Below are positions 8,719 through 16,906 of a DNA stretch of 38,523 nucleotides, piece after piece. The translations under genes and the position numbers were made by a program. This DNA comes from a bacterium (GTDB lineage: Bacteria > Desulfobacterota > DSWW01): assembly GCA_040756235.1 (NCBI GenBank), contig JBFLZG010000101.1, positions 1 through 38,523 of the forward strand. Reading direction: 5' to 3'. The first letter of the stretch is position 1, and every line of letters begins with the position of its first letter. The notes beneath the pieces are model-generated. The model was not told the DNA's origin and searched no databases. It worked only from the letters and a program-made list of their open reading frames with translations.

Positions 8719-9509
8719 GCCATCACATCGTGGAGATCCGGGATCTGCACTTCACCTACCCCGACGGCACCCCGGCGCTGCGGGGAGTCTCTCTGCGCAT
8801 CACCCACGGGGAATCCCTGGCGATCGTCGGGGCGAACGGTGCGGGCAAGTCCACGCTCCTGCGCCACCTGAACGGATGTCTCGTTCCGGAGTCCGGAACG
8901 GTCCGGATCGGCGACTTTCCTCTGACCCGGAAGACCCTGCAGCAGGTGAGGCGAACCGTGGGCATGGTCTTCCAGGACCCGGACGACCAGCTCTTCATGC
9001 CGCTGGTGGGTGAGGACGTGGCCTTCGGGCCGTTGAATCTCGGGCTGCCGCCCCGGGAGGTCGAACAAAGAGTCGCCCATGCCCTGGCCACCGTGGGAGC
9101 GGCCCATCTCCAGGACCGCCCTCCCTATCGGCTCTCCGCCGGCGAGAAGCGGTGCGTGGCCATCGCCTCCGTTCTCTCCATGGACCCGAGCATCCTCGTC
9201 ATGGACGAGCCGAGCTCCAACCTCGATCCCAAGGCCAGGCGCCAGCTCATCCGGCTGCTCGGCACCTTCAGGCACACCAAGATCATTGCCACCCACGACC
9301 TCGATCTGGTCCTCGACCTCTGCCCCCGCACCGCCGTGCTCAAGGAGGGGCGCGTCGCCGCCGACGGCCCCACCCTGGAGATCCTCCGGGACGACCGGCT
9401 CCTGGAGGCGAGCCGTCTGGAAAGACCCCTGCGTTTGCAGGGGTGCCCGATCTGCAGCTCCGGGAACCCGAGGAAGGAGGGGCCGCCGGAAAGCAGCAGC
9501 GGGTCGTAG
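8715..9509 (+). CDS. cbiO: Co/Ni ECF transporter ATPase CbiO/NikO
   Basis: GANGAGKST, VFQDPDDQLF, LSAGEKR, MDEPSSNLDP, ATHDL; GTGA overlap with cbiQ. Confidence 0.92.
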   Translation: MSHHIVEIRDLHFTYPDGTPALRGVSLRITHGESLAIVGANGAGKSTLLRHLNGCLVPESGTVRIGDFPLTRKTLQQVRRTVGMVFQDPDDQLFMPLVGEDVAFGPLNLGLPPREVEQRVAHALATVGAAHLQDRPPYRLSAGEKRCVAIASVLSMDPSILVMDEPSSNLDPKARRQLIRLLGTFRHTKIIATHDLDLVLDLCPRTAVLKEGRVAADGPTLEILRDDRLLEASRLERPLRLQGCPICSSGNPRKEGPPESSSGS

Positions 9510-9518
9510 CGACAGATC

Positions 9519-10631
9519 CTACTGCCTGCCGCCGGTGCGTACTTCGAAGAGAGAGAACCAGCCCCTGGAGTCCGTGAACCGGCGCACGATCCGGAGCCCG
9601 GCCTTGCGGAACAGGCGGCTGGCGCTCTCCTGGCTGAACTTCTTGCAGATTTCCGTGTGGATGGTCTCCCCTTTGCGGATCTCGACGCACATCCCGATGC
9701 CCGCCACCGTGGCCCTGACCGCCCGGCCGGCTCTCAACTGCATCTCGATCCGCTCTCGCGAGCGGTCGAAGAACGCCACGTGATCGAAGTCTTCGGGATC
9801 GAAGTCCGCCTCGAGCGTCCGGTTCACATGGTTCAGGATGTTGCGGTTGAAATCCCGGGTGACCCCCTGGCTGTCGTTGTACGCCGCTTCGAGGGTCTCA
9901 ACGGGCTTGATCATGTCCATGCCGATCAGGAACCGGTCCTCGGGGCCCATGATCGCGCCGACGCTTCGGAGCAGCCGCACGGCTTCGTCTTCTTCGAGAT
10001 TGCCGATGGTGCCGCCGAGGAAGGTGATCAGCTTTCTCGTCCTGGCCAGGGCTCCGCTGGGAAGGGCTCCGTCGGAAAGCGCTCCGCCCGGAAGCGCTCC
10101 GACGTGACAGGTGAAATCCGCCAGGACGCCAAAGACCTCCAGGCTCGGATAGTCGTCCAGCAGCTCGGTCGCCGACGCGACCATCGAGCTTTCACTGATG
10201 TCCACGGGAACATATCGGAGGCGGCCGCGTTCGCAGAAAGGCAACGCGTCCAGGAGCCTGCGGATCTTGAGGTTCGACCCGCTTCCCAGCTCGACCAGGT
10301 CTGCGGCTGCTCGAGAGAAGAATTGCATGATCTCAAGCGCGCACCGGTCCAGGATCGAAAGCTCGGTCCTCGTGGGGTAATACTCAGGGGTGGTGCAGAT
10401 CCGCTCGAACAGCTCGGACCCGCGGGCATCGTAGAAGTACTTGGACGGGATGGACTTGGGGGTCTGCGACAGGCCGCGTCGGATGTCCCGGATCATGTCC
10501 TCCCGGTAACGACCGTCGAGGTGATTCAGGATCCGCAGCCGTCGGTTCCGAGGGCCCGGAAACCGTTCCGGGCAACGGACGTCAGGCGCCGGAAGCGGCT
10601 CCCCGCCCGAGGTCCAATCCGTGCGCGCCAT
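9519..10631 (-). CDS. egtD: L-histidine N-alpha-trimethyltransferase (EgtD/EanA family)
   Basis: PSKYFYDARGSELFERIC, EYYPTRTE, ELGSGS, YVPVDIS, FLGGTIGN, AAYNDSQGVT, RIEMQL, IHTEICKKF; GGGAGG RBS. Confidence 0.93.
   Translation of the reverse strand: MARTDWTSGGEPLPAPDVRCPERFPGPRNRRLRILNHLDGRYREDMIRDIRRGLSQTPKSIPSKYFYDARGSELFERICTTPEYYPTRTELSILDRCALEIMQFFSRAAADLVELGSGSNLKIRRLLDALPFCERGRLRYVPVDISESSMVASATELLDDYPSLEVFGVLADFTCHVGALPGGALSDGALPSGALARTRKLITFLGGTIGNLEEDEAVRLLRSVGAIMGPEDRFLIGMDMIKPVETLEAAYNDSQGVTRDFNRNILNHVNRTLEADFDPEDFDHVAFFDRSRERIEMQLRAGRAVRATVAGIGMCVEIRKGETIHTEICKKFSQESASRLFRKAGLRIVRRFTDSRGWFSLFEVRTGGRQ
10041..10100. repeat. 4 x 15-bp in-frame tandem repeat inside egtD
   Basis: Units cctggccagggctcc / gctgggaagggctcc / gtcggaaagcgctcc / gcccggaagcgctcc encode GALPG-GALSD-GALPS-GALAR. 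Confidence 0.85.
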
Positions 10632-10877
10632 GGCAGAGCCTCCCGGTCTTTCGGTTCGTCCAGAATCCCCAGAGACTTGCCTGCTGCTCGCGCATAGCTG
10701 AGGGGCTCGAGCGTCCGTCCGCCACTCCCGGCGGAACGACGAGAATCAGTTCGATTATCCGCCGGATGGGCGGCGCCGGCACATACACGGAACTCTGTAT
10801 TATTCTGCTCAGGATCCTGTATTTTATTTCTTCGCTGTTTCCCGCTGCGCCGCCATTCTCGCGGCCACTTCTCTGCC

Positions 10878-12404
10878 TCACTCGTCCGCTGTCACTCGGA
10901 GCCCTCTGGGGACCCAGTATCGCTCCGCCAGGTCGAAGACGGCCTGAACCGCGAGCGCCAGCAGAGCGGCCGGCACCGCCCCTTCCAGGATCAGGCCGAC
11001 GTCGTCCAGCCGGATGCCGGTGAGAATGGGCTGGCCGTAGCCGCCTGCTCCGATGAGCGCGCCGAGGGTCGCCGTACCCACGTTGATGACCGCCGAGGTC
11101 TTGATGCCGCTCAGAATCGAAGGCGATGCCAGGGGCAGGTCGATCCGCCTCAGACGCTCACGGTAAGGGAGGCCCAGGGCCTCGGAGGCCTCGCGGATTT
11201 CCGGGCTGATCTGCTGGAGGCCCGAACAGGTGTTCCGCACGATCGGAAGCAGACTGTAGAGAAAGAGCGCAAGAATCGCCGGGGCGGACCCGATACCCAG
11301 CAGCGGGATCATGAAGACCAGCAAGGCCAGCGACGGCACGGTCTGAATGATCCCCGCCGTTCCGAGAATCAGCCTCCCCCACCCGGGAAACCGGGCCGCC
11401 AGAATGCCCAGCGGAATCGAGGTGACGACAGCCGTTCCCAGGGAGATGCCCACCAGGGAGAGATGCTCACCCGTGCGCGTGATGAGATTCGGCAGCAGCG
11501 ATTCCTTCCTGCCCGTGGTCTGCACGCCGAGCTCCTTGCGCAGGAAGGCCGCCGCCACCCTGCTGGCCGGCGTCTTGCGGATCTTCGCCAGCCCGTTCAT
11601 GCGTATCACTTCACTTTGCGAAACCCTGCCCTCCAGTCTCCGTATGGCCGCGACCCCGGCCGGCCAGCGCCTCTCCAGGTCGGCCCGGTAGAGCAGCACT
11701 GCATCATAGACGGGGAAGAAATGCAGGTCGTCTTCGAGGATCCTGAGACGATAGTAGGCGATCTCGGCGTCGGTCGAGTAAAGGTCCGTCACCTGGATCG
11801 CGCCGCTTTCCAGCCCGATGTACGCGAGGTCGTGCTGCAGGCCTCGGACGTCCTGCTGGGGAAGCCCGTAGGCTGCTTGCACCCCCGGCCAGCCGTCCTG
11901 GCGATTCATGAATTCGTTGGTGAACCCGAATTTCAGCTTGGGATGCCTGCTCAGGTCGGATATGCAGGCGACCGCAAGGCGCTCGGCCAGCTCCTCCTTC
12001 ATGCCCAGGGCATAGGTATTGTTGAATCCGAGGGGCTCGCTCATCCGCACGCCCAGCGGCGAGAGCCTCTCCCGGATCTCCCGCGCTCCCTCGGCCCCGG
12101 GCGTCTTGCCCCCCAGGATTTCCCGAGAGAGGGTCCCGGTGTACTCGGGATAGACGTCTACGTTCCCCTGCAGCAGCGCATCCCACAGGATCCTCGTGCC
12201 GCCCAGTTGGGTACGATCGACCACCGGAATGTCCTGGTCTTGCACCAGGAGCATCACCAGCTCCCCGATGATCACGCTCTCCGTGAACGCTTTCGACCCG
12301 ACCCGCAAAGGGGCCCCGGCGTCGGCAGCCGCGGTCGCACACAGGCAACAGGCGACTGCCGCGACCCCCAGGCCCCGCCTGCCGCCTCTTCCCGGAGACC
12401 CCAT
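10878..12404 (-). CDS. Betaine-type (Opu/OsmF) ABC transporter, substrate-binding domain fused to permease
   Basis: VGSKAFTESVIIGE, DVYPEYTGT, GFNNTYAL, RQDGWPG, LEDDLHFFPVYDAV; permease QTVPSLALL, LLPIVRNT, EASEALG, INVGTATLGALIGAGGYG. Confidence 0.9.
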   Translation of the reverse strand: MGSPGRGGRRGLGVAAVACCLCATAAADAGAPLRVGSKAFTESVIIGELVMLLVQDQDIPVVDRTQLGGTRILWDALLQGNVDVYPEYTGTLSREILGGKTPGAEGAREIRERLSPLGVRMSEPLGFNNTYALGMKEELAERLAVACISDLSRHPKLKFGFTNEFMNRQDGWPGVQAAYGLPQQDVRGLQHDLAYIGLESGAIQVTDLYSTDAEIAYYRLRILEDDLHFFPVYDAVLLYRADLERRWPAGVAAIRRLEGRVSQSEVIRMNGLAKIRKTPASRVAAAFLRKELGVQTTGRKESLLPNLITRTGEHLSLVGISLGTAVVTSIPLGILAARFPGWGRLILGTAGIIQTVPSLALLVFMIPLLGIGSAPAILALFLYSLLPIVRNTCSGLQQISPEIREASEALGLPYRERLRRIDLPLASPSILSGIKTSAVINVGTATLGALIGAGGYGQPILTGIRLDDVGLILEGAVPAALLALAVQAVFDLAERYWVPRGLRVTADE

Positions 12405-13177
12405 CAGGGCACCTCTGCGTGCCGCTGGGCCTGCACGAAACGCGTCACGAACGGGTCGGCCGGCGCCTCCAGCATCTGCCGGATCGTACCCTGCTGCTTG
12501 ACGCGTCCCTCGTGCATCAACACGACCTGATCCGCAAAGTAGGCAGCCTCATCCAGATCGTGGGTGACCCAGAGGACACTTTTGCGCAGCTCTTGGAAGA
12601 TTGCTCTGAGGTCGGTCTGCAGATCGAAACGGATGACGGGATCGAGCGCCCCCAGCGGCTCGTCCAGCAGCAGCACACTCGGGTCGAGCATCAGGGCCCG
12701 CATCAGGGCGAGCCTCTGCTTCTGACCTCCGGAGAGCTGAATCGGGTAACGTTCCAGCGCATCGGCGGGAAAGCGCGTCAGTCGTGCCAGCTCCAGCAGG
12801 CGGCCCTCGATCCGCCCCGGATCCCATCTCAGGTAGCGCGCCATGAGGGTGACGTTCCCCCGGGCGCTCAAATGGGGGAAGAGCCCGCCGCTCTGGATGA
12901 CATAGCCCATGCGCAGGCGCAGCCGCGGCAGGTCCCGGGTGCGGACCTGCGCTGCCTCGAAGTAGACGTCTCCCCGATCGGGCCTTGCCAGACCCGTGAC
13001 GAGACGCAGGATCGTCGACTTTCCGCACCCGCTGGGACCGATCAGGACCGTGGTCGTTCCGGCCCCGATCTCCAGGTCGACGCCGCGCAGGGCGGGTACC
13101 CTGCCGTACGCCTTCCAGCAATCACGGAGCTCGACGATCGACGCAGGCGAGCGGTCTCGATCCGACAAGAGCTCCAC
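12404..13177 (-). CDS. Betaine-type ABC transporter ATP-binding subunit (OpuA/ProV-like)
   Basis: GPSGCGKST, MGYVIQSGGLFPH, LSGGQKQR, LLDEPLGALDP, VTHDLDEA; TGATG coupling to the permease gene. Confidence 0.92.
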   Translation of the reverse strand: MELLSDRDRSPASIVELRDCWKAYGRVPALRGVDLEIGAGTTTVLIGPSGCGKSTILRLVTGLARPDRGDVYFEAAQVRTRDLPRLRLRMGYVIQSGGLFPHLSARGNVTLMARYLRWDPGRIEGRLLELARLTRFPADALERYPIQLSGGQKQRLALMRALMLDPSVLLLDEPLGALDPVIRFDLQTDLRAIFQELRKSVLWVTHDLDEAAYFADQVVLMHEGRVKQQGTIRQMLEAPADPFVTRFVQAQRHAEVP

Positions 13178-13184
13178 CCCAAGG

Positions 13185-16100
13185 TCATCTGCAGGGAACG
13201 AACCGAACCGCAGTCATGGATTCGCGGATCACGGCGGCCATTCGGTCCAGGGCCGTGTCGATCTGCTGCTCGCTGTTCTCGGTGCCCAGGGAGAAGCGCA
13301 GGGCGCAGTGGGCCTGTTCCACGGACAGGCCCATGCTGAGGAGCGCGTGAGAAGGCTCGGGGGACCCCGCGCGGCAGGCGGACCCCGAGGAAATGGAGAC
13401 GCCCTTCTGATCGAGGGCCAGGACCATGGCTTCTCCCCGAATGCCCGGCAGAGAGACGTTCAAGGTGTTCGGAAGCCTCTCGTCCGGGTGCCCGTTGAGC
13501 CCGGCGTCCGGCACCAACGCCCGAATGCCGTCCCACAGGCGGTCGCGCAGGCCTCTCACCCGCCCGTTCATTTCCGGGAGCCGCCGCTCCGCCAGCTCGG
13601 CGGCCTTGCCCATTCCGGCGATGCCGACGGTGTTCTCGGTCCCGGCCCGCCGGCCCCCCTCCTGTTCGCCGCCGTGGATCAACGGCTCGAGCTCGAGCCC
13701 CTTGCGCGCGTACAGGGCCCCGATTCCCTTGGGTCCGCAGAACTTGTGGCCCGATAGGCTCAGCAGGTCGACGCCCAGCGCTTCCACGTCGACCGGGAGC
13801 TTGCCGACCATCTGCACCGCATCGGTGTGGAACAGGGCCCCCCGCCGGTGAGCCATGCCCGCCAGCTCGGCGATGGGCTGCAGGGAGCCGGTTTCGTTGT
13901 TGGCCGCCATCACGCTGACCAGGAAGGTGCGCTCCGTGAGCGCTTGCTCGAGGTCCTCAGGCCGCACACGGCCGCAGGCATCCACCGGCAGCAGGGTGAC
14001 CTCGAAGCCCAGCCGCTCCAGCCAGGAGCAGGTCCTGAGGACCGAGGGATGTTCGATCGAAGAAGTGATCAGGTGGCGTCTGCCGGGCCCGCCCCCTCTG
14101 CCCTGCCCGCCCGGCCGGCCGGCCACGGCCAGAGCGAGGCATTTGATGGCCTGGTTGTTCGCCTCGCTCCCGCCGCCGGTGAAGGTGATTCGGCGCGCCG
14201 TGCACCCGAGCAGCTTGGCCATTCTTCTGCGGGCTTCCTCCACCGCCTCCCGGCCTCTGCGGCCCTCGCGGTGCAGGGCCGAGGGGTTTCCGTAGCACGA
14301 CTCCGTGTAGGCGTCCATCAAGGCCTGCACTTCCGCGTCCGGCCGGGTCGTGGCGTTGTGGTCCAGATAGATCCGCTCCGGCCGCGGATCGAGCGCCGGC
14401 CGGGTCAGCACGGCGGCGCCGCTCGGCTCGCCCGAGTCGACCCGGACCGTCCCCCTTCCTCCTTCCGGCGCTTTGGCCACCTCGCAGAGCAGGGCTTTGT
14501 AGATCGGAAACCCGGAAATCGGGTCGTAGCGCAGATCGGTCAGGTCGTTGATGTTGCACTGCCGCCAGGCCTCGGGACCCAGGGGGCCGCCGCCGCCCAT
14601 GTTCGCGTCGACCGCGCCCGGCACGATGTCGTCGGTCACGAGAGCGCGCATCCGCACCCGGCCGCGAGGGCTCGACACGTGCACCGCGTCGCCGTCGCCG
14701 ATGCCTCGGGCCGCGGCGTCGCGCGTGTGGATCGTCACCGTGGGCTCGGGCCGCTCCCGCGCGAGGCCGGCGATGCCGTGAAACTGGCTCCTGAAATCCG
14801 TAGCCACTCGCGAGCCGGAATTGAACACCAGGGGGAATTCACGGCTCAGCGCCGGCCGGCTCAGCGGGCCCTCCGCAGGCTCGGTGTAGACGGGCAGAGG
14901 ATCGTAGCCGTGCTCTTCGAGGATGGTCGAGGCGATCTCGAGCTTGCCGGTCGGCGTTTCGAACCCCGGCGCGCCATCTCTCCGGAGCAGTCCCTTTTCC
15001 CACTTCCGGTATTGCAGCATCCGGGTTTCCACCTGCACCTGCCCGCCTGCCGCAAGGACGTCCTCGAGCGAGAAAGGAGATTCCCGGAGCACGTGCCGGA
15101 GGAGATCCTCTTCGGTGCGTGGATACAAGCGCCCGTAGCCCAGCCGCTCGGCCAGCTCCGCGAGGATGAAGAAGGAGTTGCGGGATTCGCCCACCGGCTC
15201 GATGACCTTCTCGCGGATGCGAAAGATCGGACCGTAGGTCATGTAGGAGCGGATCTCGTACGAGGTCGCCGCGGGCAGCACGATGTCGGCGTAGGCGCAG
15301 TCGGCCGTGAGGTTGACGTCAATGCAAACCAGGAAGTCGAGCGCCTGCAGCGTCCGGCGCCAGACATCGGGCCGGGGCCACGCGGTGATGATCGAGGCGC
15401 CCACGATGATGAGCGAGCGGATCCGGTAGGGCCTGCCTTCCAGCACGGACTCCGGCAGCGCATTGGCGTGCGATTCCCCGCGATAGGCGCTGTACACGGG
15501 GAAGCGGTCGAGCCCGAGTGCCTTCTTGGGGCACGGATTGGGAACGTGCCCGCCGCGGTAGATGGGGAAGGTGTTCTCGGGCATCGAAAAACAGCGGCCG
15601 CCGGGCACGTCGAGCTGTCCGGCCAGGGCCCACAGCACGATGGCGGCGCGGATGGCCTGCACGCCGCTGTCGTTGTACTCGAGCCCCGAGTACATGACCG
15701 GCGCGGCGCCGCGGGCGCCGGCGATCCTCCGTGCCAATGAGCGGACCGTCTCCGCGGGAACCCCGGTGATCGACTCCACCACCTCGGGCCTGAAGTGCTG
15801 GACGTACTGCGCGAACGCCTCGAAGCCGTGCGTCCATTCGCGCACGAACGGCTCATTGTAGAGCTCTTCTTCGATGAGGACGTTCGACAGGCCGAGGGCG
15901 AGCGCGCCGTCCGTTCCCGGCCGAATGGGGATCCACTCGGCCCCGGTCGCCTTCGCCGTCATCGTCCTCCTGGGATCGATCACGACCACCCGCGCGCCCC
16001 TTGCGACCGCCTGCCGGATCCGCCTCAGGTCGAGGGGCGGGCAATCGGTCGCAGGGTTGGCTCCCCACACCACGACCAGCTCCGCGTTCTCGATGTCCGA

Positions 16101-16616
16101 GAACATGTTGATGAGCATGCCGCCCAGGGTGACGTGCGGCGCGATCATGGCAAAGGAGACGTAGCAGAGGGCGCCCACGCCCATGGTGTTCGGAGACCCG
16201 AAGGGGAACAGCACGCTCGAGGCCGACGAGACGGCGACGCCTTTGGGCTGGAAGACGTCGCACAGCGAGAGCTCGAAGCTGCCCCGGCCGGTGTAGACGG
16301 CCGTGGCTTCGGGGCCGTGCTCGGCCTTGATGGACCGGAGCCTGCCCGCGATCTCGTCGAACGCATCTTCCCAGCTGATCTCCTCGAACGCGAAAGTCCC
16401 CTTGGTCCCCTTGCGGCGCAAAGGGCGGCGCAGCCGGTTCTCGGAATAGACGATTTCCGCGGCGTGCTCGCCGAGCTTGCAGATGATTCCCAAGGGGGAG
16501 CTCTCGTCGGCCCGGACCGAGGCCATCCTGCCCTGCCGGTCGTGCGTGACGATCACCCAGCAGCCGGCAGGGCAGATCCCGCAGATGGCCCGTCGTTCGT
16601 TCGCAGGCAAAGGCAC
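13185..16616 (-). CDS. mes: Metallopterin-dependent ergothioneine synthase (MES)-type fusion: Mo/W-bisPGD (acetylene-hydratase-like) module plus C-terminal NifS/IscS cysteine desulfurase
   Basis: N-terminal CGICPAGC..C 4Fe-4S motif, GALC (candidate metal ligand), WGANPA, IRPGTDGAL, ADIVLPA. C-terminal YLDHNATT, FTGGGSEANN, HTDAVQ, SGHKF, SSGSAC and terminal PCR. Sits in the same strand block as egtD. Confidence 0.88.
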   Translation of the reverse strand: MPLPANERRAICGICPAGCWVIVTHDRQGRMASVRADESSPLGIICKLGEHAAEIVYSENRLRRPLRRKGTKGTFAFEEISWEDAFDEIAGRLRSIKAEHGPEATAVYTGRGSFELSLCDVFQPKGVAVSSASSVLFPFGSPNTMGVGALCYVSFAMIAPHVTLGGMLINMFSDIENAELVVVWGANPATDCPPLDLRRIRQAVARGARVVVIDPRRTMTAKATGAEWIPIRPGTDGALALGLSNVLIEEELYNEPFVREWTHGFEAFAQYVQHFRPEVVESITGVPAETVRSLARRIAGARGAAPVMYSGLEYNDSGVQAIRAAIVLWALAGQLDVPGGRCFSMPENTFPIYRGGHVPNPCPKKALGLDRFPVYSAYRGESHANALPESVLEGRPYRIRSLIIVGASIITAWPRPDVWRRTLQALDFLVCIDVNLTADCAYADIVLPAATSYEIRSYMTYGPIFRIREKVIEPVGESRNSFFILAELAERLGYGRLYPRTEEDLLRHVLRESPFSLEDVLAAGGQVQVETRMLQYRKWEKGLLRRDGAPGFETPTGKLEIASTILEEHGYDPLPVYTEPAEGPLSRPALSREFPLVFNSGSRVATDFRSQFHGIAGLARERPEPTVTIHTRDAAARGIGDGDAVHVSSPRGRVRMRALVTDDIVPGAVDANMGGGGPLGPEAWRQCNINDLTDLRYDPISGFPIYKALLCEVAKAPEGGRGTVRVDSGEPSGAAVLTRPALDPRPERIYLDHNATTRPDAEVQALMDAYTESCYGNPSALHREGRRGREAVEEARRRMAKLLGCTARRITFTGGGSEANNQAIKCLALAVAGRPGGQGRGGGPGRRHLITSSIEHPSVLRTCSWLERLGFEVTLLPVDACGRVRPEDLEQALTERTFLVSVMAANNETGSLQPIAELAGMAHRRGALFHTDAVQMVGKLPVDVEALGVDLLSLSGHKFCGPKGIGALYARKGLELEPLIHGGEQEGGRRAGTENTVGIAGMGKAAELAERRLPEMNGRVRGLRDRLWDGIRALVPDAGLNGHPDERLPNTLNVSLPGIRGEAMVLALDQKGVSISSGSACRAGSPEPSHALLSMGLSVEQAHCALRFSLGTENSEQQIDTALDRMAAVIRESMTAVRFVPCR

Positions 16617-16851
16617 TGTGGCGGTCCTCTCGGAAGGTCAGAAACGGACGCGCAAGGCACCCCCAATTATCGTTATCGCGGTCATGGCCTGTACATCAGG
16701 GAAATTGCGCATTTTCGGCGAAAAGAAACCGTATTCTCGATTGCGTGAAGCGACCTTCCTGTTCCGGCTAAGGACGATCCCGATGTGTGCCGATTCTCCT
16801 CCATATGGGAGCTGTCAGCGCAGCATGGACGGCGCTCCCCCAGGATCTTCC

Positions 16852-16880
16852 TTGCTTCCCTTGTTGTGGTAATACATAAT
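16852..16880 (+). promoter_or_regulatory. Possible sigma70 promoter for the activator-dehydratase fusion
   Basis: TTGCTT-17bp-CATAAT in an AT-rich patch. Confidence 0.35.
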
Positions 16881-16906
16881 TTCATTCGCTGAGATGCTGG
16901 CCCACC

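Noticed and set aside
13185..14370. Housekeeping IscS/NifS for Fe-S assembly
   Set aside because: Fused in frame to a metallopterin module, with no iscU/nifU nearby; egtD context favours MES
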